Of a stretch of DNA of 64,000 nt, positions 1 through 13,869 are shown one piece after another. Every line of letters starts with the position of its first letter. Positions within the stretch are counted from its first letter, which is position 1. The notes below the pieces were generated by a model, which had not been told where the DNA came from, did no database searches, and was given only the letters and a program-made list of their open reading frames with translations. The DNA comes from Octopus sinensis (lineage: Eukaryota), in contig NC_043001.1 of assembly GCF_006345805.1 (NCBI RefSeq), positions 103,602,001 to 103,666,000 on the forward strand. The letters are read 5' to 3'. The position numbers and the translations under genes were made by a program.

Positions 1-591
1 CGGGCTGAACAAGGAAACACGGCTCTAAATATACAAGTACACACACTCACATACACATTCACACACACACACGTAGACCTACATGTAATTTTATACGTAC
101 CTATTTGTTATTTAAGCTCAATGTGTGACACTGATATATCAGAGCGCAAAACAAACCGATAAAGTATAAAATTAGGGGAAATCAATAACTGAAGAAGAAA
201 CATCGTTTTATATTTGTCTAAAGAGAAATTTTCAACTTGATCTGAGTAAAGACTAAAGTAGGATATTTAAATAAGTTGTTGCAATACCTTAATGATTAAA
301 GAAGAATGTATAAAGAGAACCATCATTTCAATTATCTGATGAGTGACGTACGTGATTCTGGACAAGAAACTAGAGAGTTTGTTGTAATCCCACTTATCTG
401 TTAGTAAAGCAAGGCAGAAAATAAACTAATTCTTAAAGTGATAATTTGTAGTCAACTTAATGTGACAGTTCCATCAAAGTGAAGAATGCTACTGTTATTT
501 AGCCCAAGAAAACAACGTTTCCTGTTGGACTTGACACATTTCCTGTATCCTTAAGTTTTCAAACAGGGGAGATAAGCACCTTCACCCAGCA

Positions 592-653
592 AAGCCAGCA
601 ACCAGAGACTAGTTTCAGAGTCATTGCCCTTCATCAGTCTGGAGTAGCTTGAC
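592..653 (-). ncRNA. Type I minimal hammerhead ribozyme
   Basis: Minus strand reads CCAGA-CUGAUGA-AGGG(CAAUGA)CUCU-GAAA-CUAG-UC-UCUGG. Intact core, 4-bp stem II, palindromic ACUAGU stem III, GUC cleavage triplet (cut after 607), 5-bp stem I (642-638 with 606-602) extendable past an internal loop. Confidence 0.75.
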
Positions 654-1703
654 TTGCTAGCTGTCGATGCCTATTTGCCTTTGAAAACATATATATTTCA
701 AGTGATTTTTGAAGTTAGAAATAATACATTTCTAATTCTCTCAGATATGTGCAGTAGCTGCACAATAAAAATGAATCTCGATTTCATGTTTCATTTTAAA
801 GAAGGGATATTAAGAAAGTTTACAATTTCAGTGGACGCTTTGTCGGATTGCACAAGTGCGTATAAGCTTCAAGATTTAAGAGAAAGTCACGTCGTAATTT
901 GAGCACCGAACAAACTGCTCAACAAAATTCCAAACACCAACACTTATCGCAATAAATGCTTACTGTAAAGAAGAAAAAATGCGATGCTAATTGAAACACT
1001 CATTTATATAATTCAGGTTTCAACATTAATTTATTTGATGAAACTAGAACTCTTGAAATACTGAGGTAGGAAGCAATATCTCAATACAACGAGTTATAAA
1101 TCGTTAAATCGGAGACATGAAACCTCATCCATGCGATAGCATTAAACTGAGCGACAGATGAGGTCTGTTCCAACTTCCGGCAGTTAGATTTCTTATCTTT
1201 TAGGAAATCCGTTGTCTATTTACAGCTTCTCTCCAAGCGTGAATAATCTTCACACACTTCAGTTTACATTCGATCATGAGAATGATTCTAGCTATTGGAG
1301 GGTTTCAAGACTTTCAACTCATAATTAAATATTCGACATTGAAGACGTCAAATGAAATATCATTGCTTTATTAACTCTTCACTCTTCACAGGAAACATCA
1401 CTTTTTCTATTACATATGTTTAATCTTCGACAGACAACCAAATACACGCCCCCACCCCATCCCGCCATGCATATATTTATATTCCTCAAGAAAGTCACTT
1501 ACAAATATTATCACCATCTCCATCATCATCATCATCATCATCATAATTATTGTCATTATCCTCATTCATTTCATCTCTCTCAGGTTTGCTTGTCTATTCT
1601 GTTTATCCGAACTAAAAGGTAAACTGATACAGGCTGCTTATATGCGATTCAAACGTCTGTTTCGGCGAGACAGACATATAAATAAGACTGCCATCGATGA
1701 CGA

Positions 1704-1717
1704 CGACGACGACGACG

Positions 1718-1754
<37 letters not shown>

Positions 1755-1816
1755 TAATAATAATAATAATAATAAGAATAATGATAAAAATAATAATGAT
1801 AATAATGATAATAATG

Positions 1817-1890
<74 letters not shown>
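1704..1890. repeat. (GAC)n/(AAT)n microsatellite
   Basis: Direct reading; explains the poly-N/poly-I ORFs at 1612-1983. Confidence 0.97.
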
Positions 1891-1892
<2 letters not shown>

Positions 1893-3541
1893 GTGAATAA
1901 TGATTACTGAAAGGAGCGAAGAAGAATTTAAGCAATTGCACTGCGAACCAATACAGACGATGGAATAAATAAATATTCAACATTTGCTTGGTGCAACAGA
2001 TTTTTAATCAAAGAGTCTATTGATTTTTCTCTCCTCGGTGAGACGCTATATTTTCTGCAAGAAACAGCAACAACTAAAAGACCAGTTAAAATAAAATTCA
2101 TAGCTGTGCTATAAAGAACAACAATAACATCAAGAAGTAATCTCATATATTGGATATTAAGTTTGAGGTTTTAGAAAAAGAAAAATGGCGGTTGTGACGC
2201 TCAATGCCTTTTTGTGAAGGTCTTGGTAATGTAGGTGGCATCAAATGGTACCAAGGAAGAGGTAGAGATAACTTGTGTGATATCTGCCCACGTTGAATTT
2301 GGTCTTTAAACCACCGAAACAATCCATTTACTGGATGTCAGCACCTGACTAGTTCTTTTTTTTTTTATTATTATCTATTCTGGTAGAATGAAAAACGAAA
2401 TTGATTTGGATGGAGTTTAAATTCTGAAGGAAAAGAAACGTTAATATATGCCACAACACCTTTTGTCCGATGTTCAGCCGATTCCGCAATTCAATCCACC
2501 GGCCTTGCTCAGATCAATAAAAACCATTGAGTTTTTGCTAGTCACAATCATACAGATTTAGAAAGGATAGACAGACATGATTGTATAAACCCATCCACGA
2601 ATGGAATATTTACTTTTTACCAAAAGGTGGACGGCGATGCGATCTCGATGAATTTGTGTTTGGAAGCTTAGCGATGTTGTCAAGACAGGTGATGATTTAA
2701 ATTAGCCCTTCACTGCACGGACACATCTTGACACATTTATCATAAAATTAACGATTTCTTTGGACACAACAACAGGCCAATGTTTATAAGAATCATTTAT
2801 TGAGGATTGATTGTCTCTGGTGACTTGTCTTCTTTTATATTGTAGACAATTAATCGTGGGTAATGATACTGACTGAAGATGTGTAGGCTGTGAGAAGCAT
2901 TAGAGAATCGAACAGGTCACCTTGCTAGGTTTAGCTACGACATTTTACGTTCAAGTCCTGTTGAGTACAGGTTCTTTCCCCCCCTCTAACGCCGGTTTAT
3001 TACTTTTCAGCAAGTTAAACACCACATATAACTGATTCTACTTATAATCCCTACGATCGTGGATAAATAAGCGATAACTGAAATGTATCAGGTTTCAGCC
3101 GGTTTCGATATTTTAAGACATTTATCCCGATATCATTTTGTTTTCAGACAACATAACAATCTTTCTCACACGACAATAGTTATTCGTTATCGAGACACCA
3201 GATTTTAGTCAAGTTTAATGTTGATGAGACTTTTCGAAATAACATTACGGCTGAAAGAGAAACAGTTAAAACATGAAATCTAAATTTATTTCATGATTTT
3301 CTGCTGGTTATTAAAAGCTTTGCTAAGACGCGCCATGCAACTAACATCGCTTTCCCACCACACACACATACATATATTGTTTTTAATCAGCCGAAATAAA
3401 CAGAAGCGGCTTAAGGGTCGAGAGATGTTTTCATAACATCCTGCCGATTAATTATAAAACACATACATATGTGTGTTTTATAAATAGAAGACATAAAAAT
3501 AAGAATAAACCAATAAAACCGCTTGGAATAGATATAATATA

Positions 3542-3574
<33 letters not shown>

Positions 3575-3689
3575 GCAGAAGGAACTGGCTCAAAGAGTTT
3601 AGTGCGTTAGCACCAATCAAACTTCAGTTCGGGCATTGAGTCACTCTGGTGCTTCAGCTAAATATATATATATATATATACATAATTAC

Positions 3690-3721
<32 letters not shown>

Positions 3722-3869
3722 TCTTGGCCTCTTTTGTCGAACCGCTAGGTTACGGTTCCGTAAACAAAACAACAACGCTACTCAAGCGATGGCAGGCGCA
3801 AACACAGACACATACACACAAATGTATACATATACACATATATACGGCGGGCTTCTTTCAGTTTCCGTC

Positions 3870-3976
3870 TGTGTGTGTGTGTGTGTGTATGTTTGTGAGG
3901 GTGTGTGTGTGTGTATGTGTGTGTGTGTATGTGTGTGTTTGTTTGTGTTTGTGTGTGTGTGTGTATGTGTGTGTGT

Positions 3977-4057
<81 letters not shown>
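3870..4057. repeat. (TG)n microsatellite
   Basis: Direct reading; explains the VCVC/HTHT ORFs. Confidence 0.97.
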
Positions 4058-4058
<1 letters not shown>

Positions 4059-4400
4059 ATACATAAAGGTATAAATGACAGAAATAATTCGATGAAATTT
4101 TGTTTAACAATAAGAAAATTCTAATATCAGGACAATTTTTTTTCGTAACATCAAAACACGAAAATAATTTAAATCATTATATTTAATAATAAATAAATTA
4201 CATACATGGCTGCATTAATGCAAAATGCAAAACATCCTTCAAAATAATGGAGAATTGTCGTTTTCCCTTTTATCGAACCAAAATATTCTGTTTTGTAGAA
4301 TGATACATTAAGGACTGTTTTTATGTGTACTACCTGATTACTTGAATCACTATATAGTTATTTAAAGTTATATATATATATACATATAAATACTTTTATT

Positions 4401-4632
4401 TTTTTACTTGTTTCCGTCATTTGACTGCAGCTATGCTGGAGCACCGCCTTTAGTCGAGCAAATCGACCCCTGGACTTATTCTTTGTAAGCCTAGCACTTA
4501 TTCTATCAGGCCCCTATTGCCTAACCGCAAAGTTACGGGGGACGTAAACACACCAGCATCGGTTGTCAAGCGATGGTGAGGGGACAAACACAGACACACA
4601 AACACATACATGCATGCATACATGCATACATC

Positions 4633-4663
<31 letters not shown>

Positions 4664-4822
4664 CGACGGGCATCTTTAAAATTCCGTCTACGAAATACAC
4701 TCAGAAGGCTTTGGTCGACCCGAGGCTATAGTAGAAGACACTTACCCAAGGTGCTACGCAGTGGGACTGAACCCGCAACAATGTGTTCTAAAGCAAGATT
4801 CTTACCACACAGCCACTCTTGC
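4401..4822 (-). mobile_element. tRNA-derived SINE, family B (internal (TA)n/(TG)n tract)
   Basis: Head (..GAGTGGCTGTGTGGTAAG..GGGTTCAGTCCC, A/B-box-like) at the right and tail ..GACGGAAACAAGTAAAA at the left; matches copies at 21.7, 28.3 and 62.3 kb. Confidence 0.85.
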
Positions 4823-4823
4823 A

Positions 4824-4893
<70 letters not shown>

Positions 4894-6120
4894 CGTATAT
4901 ATATATGTATATTTATGTATGTGTATACATATATACACATATATAACCGCCTTATATGTATATAGATACATATGTATACATGTGTGTATACATCGATTTC
5001 TACATTCATGTACACACATACACAGACAAATATGAATAGGCCTCGTATATTTAAAGATCCTAATATTTGCATAGCAATATTGAAAAGTGGAAAATTGACT
5101 TATGTCGATGTCCAAAATCGTGTCGTTAAGCAGAACAAATGTGAAGTGTTCTTTATAAAATTAATTGTGACAGGCTGTTTGGGGTGGAACCGATAATTCA
5201 TGTTGATTACTTCGAATAGTATAATAGACTTGTCGTAAGAGACTTGTCATGAACACACCAATATAATGACTACTCCAAAGCTTGGCTTGCAGAACGAAAG
5301 CGATTTAGAATAATATATATGTAGGCATTTGAACGCACGGACGCGCACATGCACACACAGACACGCACAGAGACACACACACAGAGGCACACACATATAT
5401 TTATATGTATATATAGCAGCGCTGGACTAACCGTTTAGCAAAATAAGATTGTGCTTATCAAGGAAAGGCAGGCACCACAGAAATAATAAATGGTTTACGG
5501 CCCGCAAAAAATCCCTTTAAACTTGTTAAAATATTATTGGAAGTGGTTTATATGATCGGAACTATAATTTCGAAGTCTTCATAGCACCATAGTGAGGGTT
5601 TGATCAAAGACTCTGCAATTAAAAACAGCAGAAGACAATTTTTTAAATATAAATAAAATGGAAGTATTATTACGTTTTCAAGAATAAAACTGTATTTTAT
5701 GGGTTTTTATTTGTTTATATTTCGAATTATATATAAAAAGGGGCACTAAGATATCTTAAGTGCTTAGGGCCCCAATGGGTCTTAGCCAGATACTTATTTA
5801 AAAATATAAATATATATATTTCGTTTTTCCTTCACTTGTTTCAGTTATTAGACTGCGGCCATGCCGGGGCACCGCCTTGAAGAATTTTTAGTCGAATTAA
5901 TCGATCCAGTACATATGCTATCGGTTATCAAGCGATGGGAGGGGGACAAATACGGACACAAAGACACACACATACGCACGCACGCACACACGCACGCACA
6001 CACACACACAGACGCGCACACACACATACAAAAACGCACATACACACGCACACGCGCGCGCGCAGACACACACAGATCCACACAAATATAAATAATTTTT
6101 ATTTTATATATAATATATAG

Positions 6121-6213
6121 TATATATATATATATATATATAGATAGATAGATAGATAGATAGATAGAGATAGATAATAGATAGGTAGGTAGAGTAGGTA
6201 GGTAGGTAGGTAG

Positions 6214-6272
<59 letters not shown>

Positions 6273-6347
6273 CATAGATAGATAGATAGATAGGTAGGTA
6301 GGTAGGTAGGTAGGTAGGTAGGTAGATAGATAGATAGACAGACAGAC

Positions 6348-6418
<71 letters not shown>

Positions 6419-6440
6419 GAGACAGACAGACAGACAGACT

Positions 6441-6477
<37 letters not shown>

Positions 6478-6478
6478 G

Positions 6479-6541
<63 letters not shown>
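6121..6541. repeat. Compound (TA)n/(TAGA)n/(TAGG)n/(CAGA)n microsatellite
   Basis: Direct reading. Confidence 0.97.
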
Positions 6542-7353
6542 TAAAGTTCTGAGATTCAATTTGCTGGTGAAAACAGTTGGATAACCTCTTGCATAGCCTT
6601 GTATCGATCACACAAGAAGACACGAAATCCAATCAATAAATTTTATAAACCAATGTATCCAATACGCTTGGTGAGATATCGAAATAAGACAGAAACACCG
6701 ACAAGAAGACTCTCACTGTACCACTCCATCATACAGTAACAAAGGTCGCTTATTATGTGATAATTAAGTCTGTGAGTAATTGGATTGGAATCGATAGTTA
6801 TGTACCACATGTGTGTCACATGGAGCACTGACCACATGTTACGTAACTTTAAAGGTTCAACCTAATTACTCAGTTTTACATTCAGGTACACTCCACCTAT
6901 CTATTAGAAATTCTTTGCCAATACAAACACATACACACACATGTCATATATAATATATATATATATATGGGCACATATACATATGGGCACATATACACAC
7001 ACATACATGTGCACAGACAGAGAAAGAAAGAAAAAAGAATGAATGAAAGAAAGAGAGAGAGGAGAGAGAGAGACCTTAGAAGAAATTCAATTATTTTCCT
7101 GAAAGTTTGTCTCAGTGATAATTTTAGAATTTCACTCTCCTCCAAATCAAATTGATTATCTAACAGGTGTGTTTACATCTCATATCTAAATTGCTTCGAA
7201 TTTTCTTCTAATGGCTTCATCTCCATACACGCAGTCATACATTCATCCATCCTTCTATCCATACATTCGTGCATACATATATACATACAGACAGACAGAC
7301 AGAGAGACAGACAGAGAGACAGACAGATACATGTATATACATATATATGTATG

Positions 7354-7387
<34 letters not shown>

Positions 7388-7589
7388 CTCGTACTTCGTA
7401 TTTTTTGTTGTACACGTTTTATGACGTCCTGTGCCCACATATGCATATATATATATATATATATATATACATACGTATAGATGTATGTACATATACGTAT
7501 ATATGTACGCATGTATATATATATATATATGTGTATATAGTTATATAGTATTTATATTATTATATGATTGAATGCCACGCATGCTCTTC

Positions 7590-7593
7590 TAAG

Positions 7594-7675
<82 letters not shown>

Positions 7676-7822
7676 CATTATATATATAATATAATACATA
7701 TATATATATATACATATATATACATATATGTATATATATATATAATTATATATTATATATATATGCATAATATATATATATGCATATATAATATATATAC
7801 ATATATATATATACAATATATA

Positions 7823-7865
<43 letters not shown>

Positions 7866-7893
7866 ATATATATATATATATATGTATATATAT
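7590..7893. repeat. Long interrupted (TA)n tract
   Basis: Direct reading. Confidence 0.97.
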
Positions 7894-7894
7894 A

Positions 7895-8090
7895 GTGAGA
7901 ATTTACAAAAAAAAAAAAAATCAAAAGACGAAGACGGGTATGTAAACAGCAAACAGATGTGTTAGTTTAACGCTCGGGAAGTGAGAAAGTCTTTTACGTT
8001 TCGAGCCTACGCTCTTCGACAGAGAGGAACACAGAAATAAACAGAGAGAGAAAATAGAAAAGGTTTAGTGGCGCGTATTGACAGGTACAC
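7895..8090 (-). mobile_element. 3' end remnant of a Penelope-like element with a variant hammerhead
   Basis: Homologous to the 3' end of the PLE at 26448-26570 (shared gtgagaaag..acgtttcgagcct..gctcttc(g/a)acaga); abuts a (TA)n tract. Confidence 0.6.
7991..8026 (-). ncRNA. Minimal hammerhead-like motif with A6U core variant
   Basis: CUGUCGA-A-GAGC(GUAG)GCUC-GAAA-CG-UA; loopless ACGU stem III; stem I degenerate. Confidence 0.45.
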
Positions 8091-8399
8091 ACACGCATAG
8101 ACAGAGGACATACATAATACATACGTATATAGATGTTTGTTTATACACCCGCACACACTCATATTACCATCTGATGTAAAAAGAAAAACAAAATTTCTTC
8201 TTTAGAACTCTCTGAATACATCAAACAAGCGATCACAATTTCTCTGCTGTAGGGATACTTATACCAACACTCGATAGAATCTACAGGAAGACTAGAAGAG
8301 AGACAATTCCTCGGTTATTGATATTAAAACACGAAGACTATTATCACCTTCAGAATTTCAAGTAGACAGGCAAATACTTAGAAAGGCTAATAGAAGGTA

Positions 8400-9000
8400 C
8401 ATGATAACATTGGGTCAAACAGACTTTGAATACAGTGTGTCTTCGATAGCATCTGTTAACCTCCAAGCTTCGATATTCATCCACAGACCATGTCCATTGT
8501 TGCACTTTCCACCATGCGAGCATTATGAAAATTAAAAAAAATATTTCTAGAATGTATAACCAAAGATGTACAGCCAAGGAAGATGTTTTACTATACAAGA
8601 ACATCAGACGAAAGGCTTTCTACTGGTTAGTAGACGCTCGTGCATGCCTATGCTTCTGTCTGACTGTATAATAGTTAATCGAAGCAGAAGATTTTGGCCC
8701 AACCTCCATTATCTGTCACTTTGAAGAGTTTGCTACTGCAATACAGGAACAAGAAATAAAGCTATGAGTACAGGCAAAACAACGCTATGTGACAGACGAT
8801 ATATCAACATTGAAATTAACAGCCACGATGTCAGCCACGTTTAAGCAGCTGGTCGAAAATATCATCGTCACTATAAGGTTTACAGTTTGTGTTGTGGCAG
8901 AAACAATGTGGAGAGAAAAGTATTGTCATTCAACAAATGTATCGGCAGTTGCAGGGATGGCATTCGATCTCATGAACTGAAAGAGAACAGTTACAATGTC
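8400..9000 (+). mobile_element. Possible heavily decayed RTE-type LINE 3' region
   Basis: Stitched frames give LLTSKLRYSST..FHHASIMKI and ..FNKCIGSCRDGIRSHE, weakly resembling RTE LLYGSETW..FH.RCLRKI and the C-terminal C..C..C.SRIGL.SH; many stops. Confidence 0.3.
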
Positions 9001-11719
9001 TTCGTGAATATTTCTGTAAAATATACGCATAACACACCAGCCATAGCGATCTGGGACTGGAAAGAAGAGATGTCCATTGGATGGTAACCGTAAAGATTAG
9101 TGAACAAGGAAATATAGATAGAACGAATGAGAAATATACTGATACAACAACCGGATTATAACTTAAATTAATGTTTGTAAATATTGGTACACTGTGCAAT
9201 GTAAATAAATGAATCTTCAGAAGTTAACTTGCGCAAATGCAAGCAAATGGCTGAATTAGAAATTGCAATTACAACAAGCCGTTAATGAAGCTGAAAATAT
9301 GTAAAACATCCTCAGACGTTTATCTTGTGGTTGGTGTAAATACATACGCATAGCCATATAGAATATGTATATGTACGCATGCTTCGGTTGAATATAATGC
9401 AATAGTCTATATAATGCAATGAAAAGTATACATACATGGGTATGGTGACAATATTAGTAGTCTTAGGCCCCCGTTGTAATTAGATCTACCTCTTTCATCA
9501 TGAAAATATTAATCCTAGAAAATGTGTATTATAATGCCTCTGCAAACTGTAGGCATTGTTTTCCTGCTCTCGACCCCAAAGCAGCCGAGCTTTGGTTGAA
9601 ACAAAAGTGTCACGGTGAATCGACAAGTGTAGGCCTTCATATTGTATCTCAAGCGTTCACTACTCCTTCAACGTCCCTTACTAATTTAACTTTGGGCCGC
9701 AAAGTATCCAGTTATTCTAATGATGGATGACAGAATTTGGTTTTTCGGGAGTTGAAGATGTCATTGCGGTAGTTACAGTGTCAAACATGTCTGCCACGAT
9801 AAAATCCTTTTCGAGTTTTCTTCCTTGTGCAGGAACGCGACAGACGTAGTATTGACAATGGCTGCCCTGATGATCCGCTAACACTCGTTGTTGCTTTCTC
9901 CGCTACTACAGTTATTTACAGTTCTTTAAAAATAACAGTCGTGAAAAGCTTCACAACTGAAAGAACTGCACCGAGATAAACATGCAACAGAGGTTCCATA
10001 ATTGAAAGACAGACAGAAGCGAGTAAACAAGTTCATTGAATTATATGAGGGGAACGTCATAACCTATGTTCATAAATATTAAATCAAATATCTCGAGAAA
10101 ATTTTAATCAATATTTAATTTAATATGTCTGAATATAATTATGCTATTCCTGAACATATTTAAACGCTTATTTAAAGAACTCTATTATTAAAATACAGCA
10201 TTTGATGATCCGTTTACACACCAAAAAGAATACGGTTTTGTATGTATTATAAAAAATAACAGTTACTCACAGTCGTGTACACACAAACACACACACACAC
10301 ACACACACACACAACACACACACAGTAGCAGTAGCAGCAGCAATTCTGTTCTAGACGTGTGAGTAAGAGAGGTGGCCGGCAGCAAATAACGAATTGTAAT
10401 AGATTTTTGTCTAAAATAAAATGCTTATGTTTTAGTAATTTTGAGATACGACCCCAAAGCGATATAGTCGGAAATTTTAAAGCCAAACATTTATAGTAAC
10501 TTTGTTTCTTGGTGTCGAATATTGTTTCCTTGATATGGAAGAGAGTCTGGAATGTCATGTTTCCACTGGTGAATATTTTCGAAAAGTCTCCTTCAAGCGA
10601 CAGGTTGGTGTGAGGTGAACGGTTGCATATTGTTGGCGTTTGTGAGCGCAAATTTGGAGACGGCCGTTAAAAGAAGTGATAGCAGACTGATAATATGGAA
10701 AGGAATGTTTGAAGTAACATCACCAACCCCTACGATACATCAGGAATGCCAGAGTGGGTATCTGAGGGAACTCCATCGCGGTATACTGCAATGCTGTATT
10801 CTGATAGGGCGCTTAAAATGCAGGCGAAATGGGCAAAGATCAGATATGGGTTACCTTAGCTGTGAGATGCTCGTTACAATCACAGGCTGATGCTTTATTG
10901 AAGCAAAATACGGCGTTGCTTTCAGGTAACTTCTCCAGTATAAGGGAACATTAATGGCAGGTGAAAAAGAAACAAAAAAAGAATGCCACAAGTTGATCTG
11001 GCTCGACAGACACCGTGTTGACAGTTACAGAGGAATTAGAGAAACTCACAGAACTGATAATGATTGTTAACTACGCACGCATGCATACATGGAGTCATAA
11101 TCCATATATGGTCAATATGGAATGATGGGAAATTTCAAATAGAACAAAATTTCTTATTGGAATCTAGTCGTCTCCAAAGTAAAACTATGGAAGGTGTTTG
11201 ATCCTCTGATAATTTTCAAAACAAAATACTGTAATCCCTCATTTTACTCCTTTTCTACAAGTATATTACATCATTTCTGCAGTGAGGAAGGGTCCGACTT
11301 CAAATCGCGCCTGATTCTACTTTAAGATTTATGACCGTGGGATCGATGCTATAAGCGCTGCACATGTTTGATTGTCTGGTACATTGACTTCAGTCTTTCG
11401 TACATAAGACATTTTGATATCAGACACAACCGTTCAAATCTGCTTAGCAACCAGATCCGAACTAAATTAGCCTCTTCAACTACTTCGAACGCGTCTCTAA
11501 GACAAGTAACAAACATTATTTATCAGCAGAAAAAACCCCCAAAAACTCAAAACAATCAAATAAGATAAATAAAGACAACGGCGATAAATTTAATAAAAAA
11601 AACAACAACAACACAAACAAGAATATAAATCTGATGAGAATGATAAATGGAACAACTGAATGTGATTCAACTGTTAGGTCACAAAAGGAGCGCAGCAGCT
11701 GGTGGCTGTGCTTTCATAT

Positions 11720-12010
11720 TCAGCTACAAACAGTTGGATATATTTTCTTGGCATTTTTGTTCCTGAATTGGTCGTTAATGGGGATGCTGAGAGCAGAATG
11801 AAGAGTTTGCAGTTATCTTTGACAGTGTAAGATAACGTTGATGATAAACTTTGTTGCTAACACCTGGCACAGTCAGGTTGGGGATATCTGGATATTTCCC
11901 ATGGACTTCGGCTCGAAATTCTTCCGGAAAAGACCGACTAAATTGATTTTCTTCGATGGCCAGAGTTTTCCCGAACTTACAGTTCATATTTACCTGCAAG
12001 ATTTCACTAA
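11720..12010 (-). mobile_element. Possible hAT transposase C-terminal remnant
   Basis: EEFRAEVHGKYPDIP..KITAN/LHSALSI resembles the hAT dimerisation region (EFW..V..YP.L..RLT..NL.S.LRI); frameshifted. Confidence 0.3.
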
Positions 12011-12123
12011 ACCTGGACTCAGCATTTTTATCGGAAATTTCCACACCGTCACCCACCGTGTTAAAATGTTTCAGTGTAAATATAACTATGGCGATGACAC
12101 TGACGCGGCATTATTGATATTGT

Positions 12124-12160
<37 letters not shown>

Positions 12161-12261
12161 GATGAGGAGGAGGAGGAGAAGGAGGGGCGGAGAAGAAGAG
12201 GTGAAAAGGAGAAGCGTAGGAAGAGACTATTTTGGAAATGATTTATGGGAATGATTTATAG

Positions 12262-12313
<52 letters not shown>

Positions 12314-13185
12314 ATATGTATGAAAATTGTGTATGTGTATACGTGTATGCGTGAAAAAGAAAGCCGAGAGCTTATATAAAAATGAAAATGAGGTGGAAAA
12401 TATCATTAGCATCTCAGCAGTGAGAGAGTGAGAAAGAGAGTGAGAGAGTGAGAAAGAGTGAGAGAGAGAGAGAGAGAGAGATAGAAAGAGTGAGAAAGAG
12501 AGTGAGAGAAAAAGAGAGAGAGCAAGATAGTAGGAGACCAAAGGTTATTAAGTTAGATTTATATTGTTTGATGATATCGTCAAAGTATTGATTTGTAAGT
12601 CGTCGGTGAACACGAAGATAAAATACTGGAAAAAATTATATAAAAATAAAACTAACAAAGATTGTAAAATGTTCTAATATAGGCTAACGTCACACACAAC
12701 TGAAGCAGCGGGGAACGGGTAATGTTGATTAAATCTACCTAAGCACTCTTTAGTTATGTATTTATCTCTCCTAGAGGAGGAAGCTGCGCCGCAGACCCGA
12801 GTTCAGAATCAGACGGCAAAGGGACGTAACAAAAGAACATAACTTTTACTCCTGAATCCGCCTTCAGATGTATTTTATACTCACTGGGAGAACGGGGTTA
12901 TCTCTCTCCTGTATTTTGTGAGGTGAATTTATACTCGATAAAATTGTCTCAGGTGTTCAACGTCTGCTTATTTTATCGACCCCAGAATGACAAAAACTAA
13001 TCCAATTCGGCAGGACTCGATCTAAGAGAAATATTTGGCCATCAGATTCGCTGACGTTTCTATCAAGTTCTTATTGTAATGAAGCTAACACATACATACA
13101 CACACACCATATATGTGTGCCACCAAAACACTATTAGCTCTCCTTTCCCCCATCCATCCATACATGTGCATACATACATACATAA

Positions 13186-13225
<40 letters not shown>

Positions 13226-13257
13226 ATATAGATATATATATATATATATAATATAGT

Positions 13258-13460
13258 TAATCCAAACAAGAAAACACAAAAAAACACAACAACGCGAGAA
13301 CGTGGAACAAATATAGTATTATTGGATGCTCAGGAAAGAAGGGAAGAAGGAGGGTTTAACGTTTCGAGCGGAGCTCTTCCTCAGAAACATAGGAGAAGGA
13401 AAGATCCCGAGAAAGGAAGACAGAGGAAAAAAATCGCCAACGGTACACACGAGGTCACAT

Positions 13461-13466
<6 letters not shown>
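13258..13466 (-). mobile_element. Short PLE-like (pLTR-type) insertion carrying a hammerhead
   Basis: About 200 bp of unique sequence flanked on both sides by (TA)n, containing an intact HHR core. Confidence 0.55.
13354..13388 (-). ncRNA. Type I minimal hammerhead ribozyme
   Basis: GUUU-CUGAGGA-A-GAGC(UCC)GCUC-GAAA-CG-UU-AAAC. Intact CUGANGA/GAAA core, 4-bp stems I and II, loopless ACGU stem III, GUU triplet (cut after 13358). Confidence 0.7.
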
Positions 13467-13503
<37 letters not shown>

Positions 13504-13507
<4 letters not shown>

Positions 13508-13869
13508 GTGGCACTCCGTTGGTTACGACGAAGGTTCCAGTTGATTCGATCAGCGGAACAGCCTGCTCATGAAATTAACGTGCAAGTGGCTGAGCATTCC
13601 ACAGTCACGTGTACCCTTATAACGTAGTTCTCGGGGAGATTCAGCGAGACACAGAGTGTGACAAGGCTGGCCCTTCGAAATACAGGTACAACAGCAACAG
13701 GAAGAAATAGTGAGAGAAAGTTGTGGTGAAAGAGTACAGCAGGGTTCGCCACTCTCCCCTGCTGGTGCCTTTAAGTGTTTTCGCTTAATAAACACTCACA
13801 ACGTCCGGTCTGGGAATCGAAACCGCAATCCTACGACCGCGAGTCCGCTGCCCTAACCATTGCGCCTCC
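13504..13869 (-). mobile_element. tRNA-derived SINE, family C (tail type 1)
   Basis: Head GGAGGCGCAATGGTTAGGGCAGCGGACTCGCGG..GGTTTCGATTCCC; 3' part also present at 28035-28190 and 32115-32300. Confidence 0.85.

Noticed and set aside
330-385. Plus-strand CTGATGA..GAAACTAGAG hammerhead-like motif
   Set aside because: No U16.1/NUH triplet and no convincing stem I or II; at best a dead relic.
1612-1983. Long low-complexity ORFs throughout the track (poly-I/N, YIYI, VCVC, HTHT, YLSI, MYVC)
   Set aside because: All are translations of microsatellites, which lack stops in some frames; no coding evidence.
10359-10364. GTGAGT splice-donor-like site on the plus strand
   Set aside because: A single hexamer with no supportable exon upstream.
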